A stretch of 43,729 nucleotides of DNA from Cellvibrionales bacterium (GTDB lineage Bacteria > Pseudomonadota > Gammaproteobacteria > Pseudomonadales > JAHEGP01), in contig JAHEGP010000001.1 of assembly GCA_024645065.1 (NCBI GenBank), positions 1-43,729 of the forward strand. The letters are read 5' to 3'. Shown here piece after piece: positions 35,272-43,729 of this stretch. Position numbers and translations under genes: made by a program. Position 1 is the first letter of the stretch; each line of letters opens with the position of its first letter. Below the pieces are notes generated by a model. The model ran no database searches. It worked only from the letters and a program-made list of their open reading frames with translations, and had not been told where the DNA came from.

Positions 35272-38200
35272 GCCGAACTGGCCGCACGCTGGGCCCGGTA
35301 CTCCTGAATGGTGAGATTCCTCAACTGCGAATCACGCCCTTCGGGGTTGTGCACGAAACCGACGCTGGCGACAAAGGGTTCGATAATGTGAATCTTCTGC
35401 AGGGGTGTGATAATCAACAATTGCAGGTGCAAACGCTTGAAGAGTTCCAGACCGAAACGCGCTGATTCATCCGAGCCGCGACCAAAGGCCTCATCGATCA
35501 CCACAAAGCGAAAGCTGCGCGAGCGTACGGCTCCCCATTCCAGGCCAAACTGGTATGCCAGGCTCGCCGCCAGCACGGTATAGGCCAGTTTTTCCTTCTG
35601 ACCGCCGGATTTGCCGCCAGAATCGGTATAGTGTTCGTGCTCACTGTCATCCTCCTGCCAGCGCTCCGAGGCGGCAAACTGAAACCAGTTGCGTACATCC
35701 GAAACCTTGCGCGTCCAGCGCCGATCCAGTTCGGTGCTGCCCTCACGCCCCCGGAAGCGGTCGATAATCGCCTTCACCTGGAGAAACTTTGCCTCGGCGT
35801 ACTGATCTGCCTCCGAGCCGGTGATATCACCCTCGATACAGGCGCGAAGCTGTCTCTGGAAGTCACGGATCTCGGCATCCGGGGTGTCCTGGGCTTCCAG
35901 CAGAATATAGCGCCCCGGGTTGTATTCGATCCCCAGCAGTGACTGGTTAATGCGCTCGATCCGCTCCTGGATGGTGCTGCGCTCACGCTGGAGCTTGGAC
36001 TGGAAACCGGCAACCTCGCGAATGGTATTTTCGTTCAGTAGCTGCTTGAAGCGTTCGGCAAAGCGTGGCAGATCGTCGGCCTGCAGGCGGGCCAGCATCT
36101 CGCGGAACTCGTCAGCGGCGTCAAGGCTGGCATCGACCTCCTGGGTCTCCAGCGGATACCCGTCGCGGTAGCGCTGCATCGCCACCACGATCGTTTCCTC
36201 GAGGTGCTTGATGCGTTTTTCCTCCGCGTCGATCTTCCCCTGCAACCACTCGCGCAACTCCCGCTCTCGGTTGTCACAGGACTCCACCGTTAGCTGGTGC
36301 TCCCCCAGGGCTTCACTGCGCAGGGGTTCCAGCTCGGCATGCAATGCAGCGCGCGTTGCCTCGGGGCAGGCCTGCAGCTGCTCACCGCAGGCATCGAGCA
36401 GACCCTGCGCCTGAGACCGCTTTTCATCGTTGCGCGCCAGCTCATCCTGCAACTGCCGCAGTTGTTGCTCGGTTTCGGCCATCGTATCCTCGAGGGCGAC
36501 CAGCCGGGCGTTGAGTGTGCGCAGGATATCGGAGCTGGCCTCCAGTTCCTTGCGCTCGCGCTCCAGTTCAGCCACCTCTCGCGCCAGCCGTGGCCAGTCA
36601 AGTTCGTCAAAGTCGCTGAAATTTTCAATCTTGTCCAGCCAGGATTTCTGCTCTACCAGTTCCCTCAGCCGTTGCTGCAACGTGGCCAACTGCCCAGCCG
36701 TGCCCTGGATTTTCGCTTCCAGCCCTGTGACCCGCGCCGCCAGCGCGGCAATCTTGGCGTCGTTACTCCAACCCAACACATAGCGACTGCGATCATCCAG
36801 CCGATGGCGGTCGTCCTTCTCATGGCGCTGGCCGCCGGCTTTAATCTGGCCAGCCAGGGTGACCGCTCGATGCTCGCGCCGGAAGCGCTCCAGCGAATCG
36901 CAGCAGACGTAATCGAAACGCCTGGCCAACTCCTGCTGTAACCACGGGTAAAACTCACTATCGGGTTTGATCTCCAGTTTGCGAGACAGCGAGTCGGGCT
37001 GGGTATCGACGGGCAAGGCGTTGCGGTCGATACGCACCCGGTAATAGACCAGGCGCCCCCGGAGACGGGTGCGGTCGACCCACTGGGCAACCTGCCCGTA
37101 GAGGTGATCGGGGACCAACAGCGATAGACCGAAGTTGTGCAGCAGGCGCTCGGCGACCCCCTCCCAGGCGGCCTCGCTCGCTCTCACCTGAATCAACTCA
37201 CCGGCAAAGGGCATCCCGGTCTCATCGACATCGAGCGCTGCGCACAGCTCACGTCGCAGCTGAATCTGACGCGCATCGATATTACTGCGCCGCTGCTTCA
37301 GGGATTCCAGCTCGCCAGCCAGGTCATCGCGCTGGACTCTCAGGCTTCGCAGTTCAACCTCATGATCGACACTGGCATTTTGCAGCCCGGCGCTGCGTTG
37401 GGCGCTGCTGGCCAAGAGCGTTTGAACCGAATCCCGGTTGGCCTGAAACTGCTCCAGGGTTTCGATGCGCGGCAGCTCAAGGCTGGCGGCGAGCCCGGCG
37501 TAGAGGTCGGCACGCCTGCGGCGCTTGTGCAGCTCGGCATCGCGCTCGACAAGCTCGGCCTTGAGGCGCTCCAGGCGGTCGCCGCCGTTGGCGGCAATTG
37601 CCCGCATCAGTTCATCCCGGTCGATCAGCTGCTGGCGACGCAGGCCGGTTTTTTGCTCGACCCGCGCCTGGGTTTGGCGGGCAGCACTGACCAATTTGGC
37701 GAGGCGCACATCCAGCAATCCGGCCTTCAGACCGGCGAAGTGAAAGCGAAGGCCGTTGCGACAGTCCTGCCAGTAACGGCTGCTGGCACTCACCTCACGG
37801 TGGCGATCACAATTGTCCACCAGCGGAATCAACCGCTCCACCTGGTCGCGTGCTTTCAGGACCGATTCGTGGGCCCGGTTGAGGTCTTCGAAATGGCCTA
37901 TCAGCGCTTCGATCCGCGGCTCAACGGCGAAGGGTTCAAGCATGTGTTCGCGCACGAAGTCAGTGAGATTGCCCACAGACTTCATCGACACGGTCTGGTG
38001 GAACAGCTCCAGCGCCTGGGCGTTGTCGATACCAAAACGGCGGCGAAATGCGGCCTCATAGGGTGGAAAGCTGTCGAAGGGGCCTTCGACGCCCGCCCGG
38101 TCACGCAGCCGCTTGCGCAGCTGGTTGATATCGCTGCCGAAGTCTGCGAAGTCAGTGGCGATGCCCAGCACCTGGTCGGCGACAAGGTAAAACCGCGTCG

Positions 38201-38639
38201 GTTGACCGCTCGCGTCTTTGGACCAGAACACCTGGGCCAGGCTTACATCCTGATCGTAACCCTCGTTGCGAAAAACACCGAGAATGATAGAGAAATTGTT
38301 GTGATCTCGCAGCGCCACCGGTTTGGCGGCATAGCCGCTTTCGCTGCGTTCAGACTTGTAGTAACCAAGCACGTAGGAGCGCAGTGTGCGTTCCCGGGCC
38401 TCGGCGCCGGCGGCCTTGTTATAGGCGACCCGTTGCGCAGGAACCAGCAAGGTGGTGACAGCATCGACAAGGGTCGATTTGCCTGAACCAATATCACCGG
38501 TCAACAGGCCGTTTTCGCCGTTGAGCTCGAGGGACCAGATGAGCTTGTCGAAGGTTCCCCAGTTGTAGACTTCGAGGCGCTGCAAGCGGAATCCGGCGAG
38601 CTCGTCGCTGGTAGTGAAATCCAGTAGTTCTTCCTGCAT
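35268..38639 (-). CDS. jetC: Wadjet JetC (MksB-like) SMC-family ATPase
   Basis: 1123 aa from the ATG at 38639. AGFRLQRLEVYNWGTF...LLTGDIGSGKSTLVDA (Walker A, 38472-38498). Then a long E/R/L/Q-rich coiled-coil-like middle. The C-terminus carries the GGKSGGQKEKL signature (SGGQ at 35598-35609) and the FVVIDEAF Walker B (35484-35507). The start overlaps the jetB stop by 1 nt. Confidence 0.88.
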
Positions 38640-39229
38640 CAGGTACTCGCTTCGTCGGGGGAAATATGCGCCCGGTAGGTTTGCAAGCGGGCATCGAATT
38701 CGCTGAGCCACTGGGCATCGACGAACGCCTTGAGGATACGACGCACCTCGATCATCTGTTCCTGACCGCGCAGCCGGCGCACGAAACCCAGTTCGATAAC
38801 CTTGTTGATATGGGCGTCTATCTGATCGACCAGCCGGGTTTCAGTTGAGCCCGGGGGCAGAAAGGTACGCATCATTTCGACAACCTCATCCCGCGACAGT
38901 ATCAGTCGGGTATCGCCTGCCCCGGCGTCAAACTCCGCCAGCTTGCGCCGCAACAGCGCAATCAGCAGACTCACCGGATAGGACAGTTGCCGACGGTTGA
39001 CCAGGCGCGGCAATTCCGTCTCCTGATCGCCCGCCTCTCGCGTGCGCAGCCAGGCATAGCCCTCGGCTTCGTCGAGCATCAACTCCAGACCGAGCAATGC
39101 GACATGGTCCCGCACCCTTGCCTGCAGTTCCAGCAGCTGCTGCCACAGCGCTGCGTCCTGCTCCTGGTAGAGCACGCCTTTCATAAGCGCGATCAGTACA
39201 AGCGAAAAGTGATTGTCTGTGGTTTCCAT
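38639..39229 (-). CDS. jetB: Wadjet JetB (MksE-like, DUF4194-like KITE-type subunit)
   Basis: 196 aa. FSLVLIALMKGVLYQEQDAALWQQLLELQARVRDHVALLGLELMLDEAEGYAWLR matches the sequence pattern I recall for DUF4194/JetB proteins. Its size and its position between jetA and jetC fit. Confidence 0.82.
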   Translation of the reverse strand: METTDNHFSLVLIALMKGVLYQEQDAALWQQLLELQARVRDHVALLGLELMLDEAEGYAWLRTREAGDQETELPRLVNRRQLSYPVSLLIALLRRKLAEFDAGAGDTRLILSRDEVVEMMRTFLPPGSTETRLVDQIDAHINKVIELGFVRRLRGQEQMIEVRRILKAFVDAQWLSEFDARLQTYRAHISPDEAST

Positions 39230-39236
39230 GCGGGAG

Positions 39237-40700
39237 TCAGCCTCTGGTAAAAATTACCCGGGGAAGCTCGGCCTGGCGCAGACAGCCGTCAGGGTCGCGC
39301 CAGCAAATTTTCTCGGAGTTACAGTCGTCGAACAGCGCATGACGATCCTCCCCCGCGATCGACAGATAGGCAACCAGTTCCGCCAGCCCCTGCTCCAGCG
39401 GCTGGAGCTCCACCACCTCGGCCAGGGTGACCTGGGAGCGGTTTTGCAGCAACTGGCGAATCCGGGCCTTGAGACGGGGCTTATCAATGTTGAACTGACT
39501 GAAAAGCGCGTCCGTGGTGATGTCGCTGGTGTCGCCGCTGCGGATCCCGGTGTCCAGCACTGGTCGCACTGGGGGACTGTACAGCGGGCGCTCCATCGGC
39601 AATTGGATGGTCGGCCCAGGCGCGTCGATGCTGGCAAAATCCCCGGTCGGCAGCTGCTCCCTGATCGCCAGGGCGCAAGTGGAGATGCCATCGAGCAATT
39701 GCATGATGCGCTTGTTTTCGAGATAGGCCTGATCATCGAGGTAGCGGCGCAACTGTTGCGACAGCCTCGCCACAGTGCGCTGGGTTTGCTCGCCGGCCTC
39801 GAGCCAGTCGTAGTGGATGCGCTTGAAGCGAATATCCTGGTTGAGCTCCTGCACTGCATCCAGCGCAAATACTTTTTCCAGCAGCTGGGTCAGCTCATCC
39901 TGGCTTGCGGGCGACATCAAGAAATCCCAGAAAGCGCGAAAACTGCGCCCCTGATCGGAGTCGGCTATCGCATCCCGTTCGCCGAATATTTGCGCCAGCA
40001 GTTCGCCCTTGCGCCCCTCCCAGGTGGCGATCTGTTCGCGCACCTGCATATCCAACTGACGGAAGTTGTGCTCGACCTCGCGGAAGTCGCCGAGCAATTC
40101 CCGCGCCGTACTGCTGGCCTGCTGGAACCGGTCGCGCAGCCCGGTGTCATCCAGCAGTGCGATCTCCCCGTCTCGGGCTCGCGCAATATCCGCTTCGATC
40201 TCGTGACGCCGTTGCTCCAGCTCCCGGATTCTGCTTTCGGTGTCAGTGTCGGCTCCGGACACCATCTGGCGCAATAGTTCCAGCACCGTCATCAAACGCG
40301 ATTCCGTGCCGACAAAGGCACGCTGGGCGAGGGATTCGAGCCAGTTAATCGCTTTCTCGGTCGCTGGCGTGAGATCGAAGTGCGCCTCGTCCGAGCCCGG
40401 AGGATAATATTTGCGCAACCAGCCGCGCTCATTCTGCGCCCAGTCGTCCAGATAGTCGCGAGCACTGCGGGGGAAGGCATCTTCGCCTTCGGTCTCACGC
40501 AGGTTAAACAATACGTCTTCCAGCCGCGATTCCAACTCGGGCTGTGCCATTACACGAACATTGGGGGCGATAAAGGTTTGCTGCAGAAAGCTTGCAATCA
40601 GAGGCGCATGGTCTGCCTGCAGCAAGCGCCAGCCCGGGTGGCTTCTGCGCAGTTGGACGAGGGTAGCAAAATCCGGACTCAAGGAATTCTCTGATTGCAC
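39237..40700 (-). CDS. jetA: Wadjet JetA (MksF-like, DUF3375-like kleisin-type subunit)
   Basis: 487 aa. LVQLRRSHPGWRLLQADHAPLIASFLQQTFIAPNVRVMAQPELESRLEDVLFNLRE resembles the conserved N-terminus of DUF3375/JetA proteins. GTG start at 40700, forced because an in-frame TAG lies at 40707-40709. First gene of the four-gene operon. Confidence 0.82.
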   Translation of the reverse strand: MQSENSLSPDFATLVQLRRSHPGWRLLQADHAPLIASFLQQTFIAPNVRVMAQPELESRLEDVLFNLRETEGEDAFPRSARDYLDDWAQNERGWLRKYYPPGSDEAHFDLTPATEKAINWLESLAQRAFVGTESRLMTVLELLRQMVSGADTDTESRIRELEQRRHEIEADIARARDGEIALLDDTGLRDRFQQASSTARELLGDFREVEHNFRQLDMQVREQIATWEGRKGELLAQIFGERDAIADSDQGRSFRAFWDFLMSPASQDELTQLLEKVFALDAVQELNQDIRFKRIHYDWLEAGEQTQRTVARLSQQLRRYLDDQAYLENKRIMQLLDGISTCALAIREQLPTGDFASIDAPGPTIQLPMERPLYSPPVRPVLDTGIRSGDTSDITTDALFSQFNIDKPRLKARIRQLLQNRSQVTLAEVVELQPLEQGLAELVAYLSIAGEDRHALFDDCNSEKICWRDPDGCLRQAELPRVIFTRG

Positions 40701-40717
40701 GCGATTCTAGAGCGCCC

Positions 40718-40746
40718 ATTATCCTGCTTAAGGCACCTATGATCAA
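40718..40746 (-). promoter_or_regulatory. Candidate sigma70 promoter of the jetABCD operon
   Basis: The minus strand reads TTGATC (40746-40741), an exact 17-nt spacer, then GATAAT (40723-40718). The predicted TSS is only about 9-13 nt upstream of the jetA GTG. Confidence 0.45.
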
Positions 40747-40878
40747 TTCGGTGTCAGCTCAGGCTTCGCCTCGAGCGCCCGCGGCTGGAGCGCTGCAATG
40801 GCAGCGCAACGGTGGCAGGCCGGCGGCATGCAGAGGGATTGGCGCGGCGGCCTCATCGCACATCAAAAGCGGTCGCTG

Positions 40879-42465
40879 TCAACGCCATCCAAGCTGCTCC
40901 AGCAGCGACAACTCCTCAGGGCTGGCAAAGCAGGCGATATCTTCTGTGGACAGAATCGGCCGGATTCGCCGGGCATCCGCCAGCGCCTTGCCCGCCGCTG
41001 CAGGATCACCGGCAGAAATATACGCCACCGCAAGCACCACCCTGGGCAAAAATATCTTGTCGTCACAGCGACAGGCATGGGTGGCAGTCTCGATCGCCTC
41101 ATCCAGTCTTCCGTAGTTCAGCATCGCCCTCGCCAATAGCGCACTCCAGGCTGAGAGACGACTGTCACGAGGACTGATCTTCATGCCCTGCTTCATGTAC
41201 TCGATGCCCTGCTCGTCCCCCATTCGCAGCAGCGCGGCACCCAGTGCGGTGATGGCCTGGGCGTTACTGGGATCCAGTTCCACCGCACGACGCAGCATAC
41301 CGACACCGCGCTCCAGATCACCCATATCGGCAAAGGCACAGCCGGCGTAGCCGAGCACATCGGTATCCTGGTTGTCCAACGCCACCGCGGTCTCAGCCGC
41401 CGCAATCGCTTCCGCCTGCCACGCTTCCCCGCTGACCAGTCCCACGAGGTGCCCGATAGCCAGGGTGAGCGCCAGGTAGGCATGGGCAAAAGCCAGCTCG
41501 GGGTCCCGGTCAATAGCCTGCCGCAGTAATTCGGCGGCTTCGGCGAAGCTGTCCTCACTCCATCCCTTTTGGCCCAGGATCGCATGCGCCCTGCGGTACA
41601 GTGCCCAGGCACCCAGGTCCACGGGTTTGCGTCTGCGCAAAGTCGCCAGCTCCGCGCGATTGAGCGCCGGTTCAATGCAGGCGACAATCTCGCGGACCAG
41701 CTCATCCTGCAATTCACCCACCCGGTCGAAGGGAATGACCCGCCGTTCAGACCATCGCATGTTCCCGGCGGCGGCTTCCAGGAGTTGTACGCTGACCCGC
41801 AAGTCACCCCCGCTGGCGCGCACCGAACCCTCAATCACGTAATCGACGGCCAGTTCCGCGGCGATTTGTTGAATGCTGAACTCGCCCTGGCGCAGGTGAG
41901 AGGTGGTATTGCGGGACAACACGAAGAAACCCGGAATACGCGCCAGCTGGATGCTGATGTCTTCGCCCAGGGTGTCGGCAATCCAGGTAATTGCGTCATC
42001 GCCCTGGCTGTGGGAAAAAGGAAGCACAGCGAGCACAGGGCGCTCGCTCTTCGCCACTGCGCCATCGGTAAAGAGGCAGATTGAACGCGCTGCTTCACGC
42101 ATGGCCGCCGAACTGTTGCTGATCACAGCGGCGGCCGCGGCGCTACTGTTTGATGCCCGCTGTTCCAGCGGAGCCACGAAACGGTACCCCCGCCGGTTGA
42201 AGGTAGTGATGTATTGTTGCGATCGGCCGTCGTCCCCCAGGGCCCGCCGGGCCGCCTTGACCGCGCTGCTCAGGGTGGAGTCAGAGACGATTTTTCCCTC
42301 CCATAGATTATCCAGCAATTCCTGCCGAGAGATAATCCTGCTGCTATTCATGGCGAGATAGGCGAGCAGATCAAATACCTGGGGTTCCAGCGGCACCGGC
42401 AGGCCAGCGCCACGCAGCTCGAATAATTCCGTGTCCAGTTCAAAGTGGCCAAATGCCAGGATCAT
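40879..42465 (-). CDS. Winged-helix (OmpR/CadC-type trans_reg_C) DNA-binding protein with a TolB-N-like domain and C-terminal TPR repeats
   Basis: From the ATG at 42465: MILAFGHFELDTELFELRGAGLPVPLEPQVFDLLAYLAMNSSRIISRQELLDNLWEGKIVSDSTLSSAVKAARRAL...YITTFNRRGYRF is a wHTH effector domain. PVLAVLPFSHSQGDD is TolB-N-like. Multiple TPR-like helices follow. No TM segment seen. The 104 codons upstream in the track ORF overlap the divergent gene and are rejected. Confidence 0.8.
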   Translation of the reverse strand: MILAFGHFELDTELFELRGAGLPVPLEPQVFDLLAYLAMNSSRIISRQELLDNLWEGKIVSDSTLSSAVKAARRALGDDGRSQQYITTFNRRGYRFVAPLEQRASNSSAAAAAVISNSSAAMREAARSICLFTDGAVAKSERPVLAVLPFSHSQGDDAITWIADTLGEDISIQLARIPGFFVLSRNTTSHLRQGEFSIQQIAAELAVDYVIEGSVRASGGDLRVSVQLLEAAAGNMRWSERRVIPFDRVGELQDELVREIVACIEPALNRAELATLRRRKPVDLGAWALYRRAHAILGQKGWSEDSFAEAAELLRQAIDRDPELAFAHAYLALTLAIGHLVGLVSGEAWQAEAIAAAETAVALDNQDTDVLGYAGCAFADMGDLERGVGMLRRAVELDPSNAQAITALGAALLRMGDEQGIEYMKQGMKISPRDSRLSAWSALLARAMLNYGRLDEAIETATHACRCDDKIFLPRVVLAVAYISAGDPAAAGKALADARRIRPILSTEDIACFASPEELSLLEQLGWR

Positions 42466-42624
42466 CTCTCTTTCTCGATAGCCCTGCTTCCAGACATTAC
42501 GATAGCAAACAATCTCCACAGAATCCCCACAAAACTTCCAACCCCCCTGCAAGCGTGGCTCCGGCGCAAGCCGTAAACTCGTCCCATCAAAACCTGAACT
42601 GCTGCCAATGAGAGGACTATCGTC

Positions 42625-43068
42625 ATGAGTGAACGTCAAATAAATCTGTGCTGGTTTATCACCGCGGTACTGCTGGGCCTCGGCCTGACCCTGTGGTCGC
42701 CAGGGTTGATTGGCGCCATCCTGTTCACCATTGGCCATAATGCCTGCTACCTGGCACTCAATCCCAATGCCAGCCACTTCAGCCTGCAGGTGCGCTTCGT
42801 GTATCTGGGCCTGCTGCTAGTCGGACAGCTACCTCACTGCCTGTGGATCAACTGGGTTCAACTGTTTGGCACCACCGCACTGATCACCGCGGGTTACTGC
42901 CCGCTGGCGCGGCTCCTGTGCCTGGCCAGCTGGAACCGATCCCTGCCACTGACCTGGTCCCTGGTGACAACCGTCCTCATGACCCCTCCGGTCAAAGGCA
43001 GCTTCAACCAGGTAGTCAATCCGCCACTCAACAAGCCTGGCGCGGCACCTTCCGTCAGCCAGCCTTAA
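42625..43068 (+). CDS. Small polytopic inner-membrane protein (DUF2892/DUF4395-like, GxCP motif)
   Basis: 147 aa with about four hydrophobic helices. TALITAGYCPLARLL resembles the YgaP-like TM-domain motif. SD GAGAGG lies upstream of the ATG. Confidence 0.55.
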   Translation: MSERQINLCWFITAVLLGLGLTLWSPGLIGAILFTIGHNACYLALNPNASHFSLQVRFVYLGLLLVGQLPHCLWINWVQLFGTTALITAGYCPLARLLCLASWNRSLPLTWSLVTTVLMTPPVKGSFNQVVNPPLNKPGAAPSVSQP

Positions 43069-43100
43069 AAACCGAAAACCCCCTGCAAGGAGGAACCACA

Positions 43101-43729
43101 ATGTTCAATTCAACGAAATTGACTTCACCCCCTAAAAAAGCACCGGATACAGATGTCACCCCGGGCCGTATTCTCGGTGTGCTCTACGGCCTGCTGGCTT
43201 ATGCCATCGGTATTGGCGGACTTGCCTACTTCATCCTCTTTGTCGGGGGCTGGTCGTTTCTGCCGGACCATGTGAACTCGGGCACACCCGGCCCCGCGGC
43301 GCAGGCCATTGCCATCAATCTTGGAATCATGTTGATCTTTGGCCTTCAGCACTCGGTGATGGCGCGCCCCGGATTCAAGCGGGCCTTCACCCGGATCGTG
43401 CCGAAGTCTGTTGAACGCAGTACCTATGTGTTGCTTTCAGGGCTGATGATGCTTTTCATTTCCCTGTGCTGGCAACCCGTTGCTGGCTCGCTGTGGAACG
43501 TTGAGAACCCGACCGGTCGACTGCTACTGACAGTGGGCTATGCCCTGGGTTGGGGCCTGTGTATCCTGTCGACCTTCGTTATCAACCACTTTGAATTGTT
43601 CGGGCTGCAACAGGTCTATTTCAGGCTGCGTAACAGGCCCGAGCCCAAACCCTGGTTTACCGATCGTTTTCTCTATCGGCTGGTACGCCACCCACTGCAG
43701 CTGGGAATTTTGATGGGTATCTGGGTGGT
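43101..43729 (+). CDS. Membrane methyltransferase of the ICMT/PEMT-like family (MddA-like methanethiol S-methyltransferase candidate). The 3' end runs off the window.
   Basis: My own translation: MFNSTKLTSPPKKAPDTDVTPGRILGVLYGLLAYAIGIGGLAYFILF...IMLIFGLQHSVMARPGFKRAF...FVINHFELFGLQQVY...FTDRFLYRLVRHPLQLGILMGIW. Strong SD AAGGAGG lies 7 nt upstream. The polytopic layout and the RHPxxxG motif fit this family. Confidence 0.7.
   Translation, partial: MFNSTKLTSPPKKAPDTDVTPGRILGVLYGLLAYAIGIGGLAYFILFVGGWSFLPDHVNSGTPGPAAQAIAINLGIMLIFGLQHSVMARPGFKRAFTRIVPKSVERSTYVLLSGLMMLFISLCWQPVAGSLWNVENPTGRLLLTVGYALGWGLCILSTFVINHFELFGLQQVYFRLRNRPEPKPWFTDRFLYRLVRHPLQLGILMGIWV

Noticed and set aside
37137-40277. 449-aa (37137-38486) and 354-aa (39213-40277) plus-strand ORFs inside the jet operon
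   Set aside because: They are antisense to jetC and jetA. They are low-complexity and Gln/Leu/Gly/Arg-rich with no recognisable domains. The jet reading frames carry clear conserved motifs, so these are treated as shadow ORFs and not as an embedded antisense gene such as an antitoxin.

Overview
43.7-kb chromosomal segment of a high-GC gammaproteobacterium, almost fully coding (about 35 real CDS). I found no rRNA, tRNA, CRISPR array, transposase or integrase. Most of the window is housekeeping backbone in gene orders familiar from E. coli and Pseudomonas. These blocks are putP and pgm; der-bamB-yfgM-hisS-ispG-rodZ-pilW-rlmN-ndk; iscS-iscR-trmJ/suhB; secDF; and purL/mltF/tadA. Positions 3.4-12 kb look accessory: an orphan hypothetical, a DUF1329/DUF1302 envelope pair, a strictosidine-synthase-like protein, an HxlR regulator, a nitroreductase and a truncated globin. 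The main finding is a translationally coupled four-gene operon on the minus strand at 34078-40700. It encodes a DUF3375-like kleisin-type protein, a small DUF4194-like protein, a 1123-aa SMC-like ATPase, and a protein with an intact Toprim motif set. This matches a type I Wadjet (jetABCD, also called MksFEBG) condensin-like anti-plasmid system. It lies next to the conserved purL-mltF-tadA block and has no mobility genes around it. Secondary observations: (1) the isc locus is reduced to iscR-iscS, with iscU, iscA, hscBA and fdx missing although the flanking synteny is kept; (2) short direct repeats cluster upstream of ndk; (3) an HtrA-like protease is truncated; (4) three perfect palindromes sit in the hxlR divergent region; (5) a wHTH-TPR regulator lies divergent from a small membrane protein and an MddA/ICMT-like methyltransferase. 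All functional calls rest on motif and sequence recognition by eye plus gene order. No database search was run.
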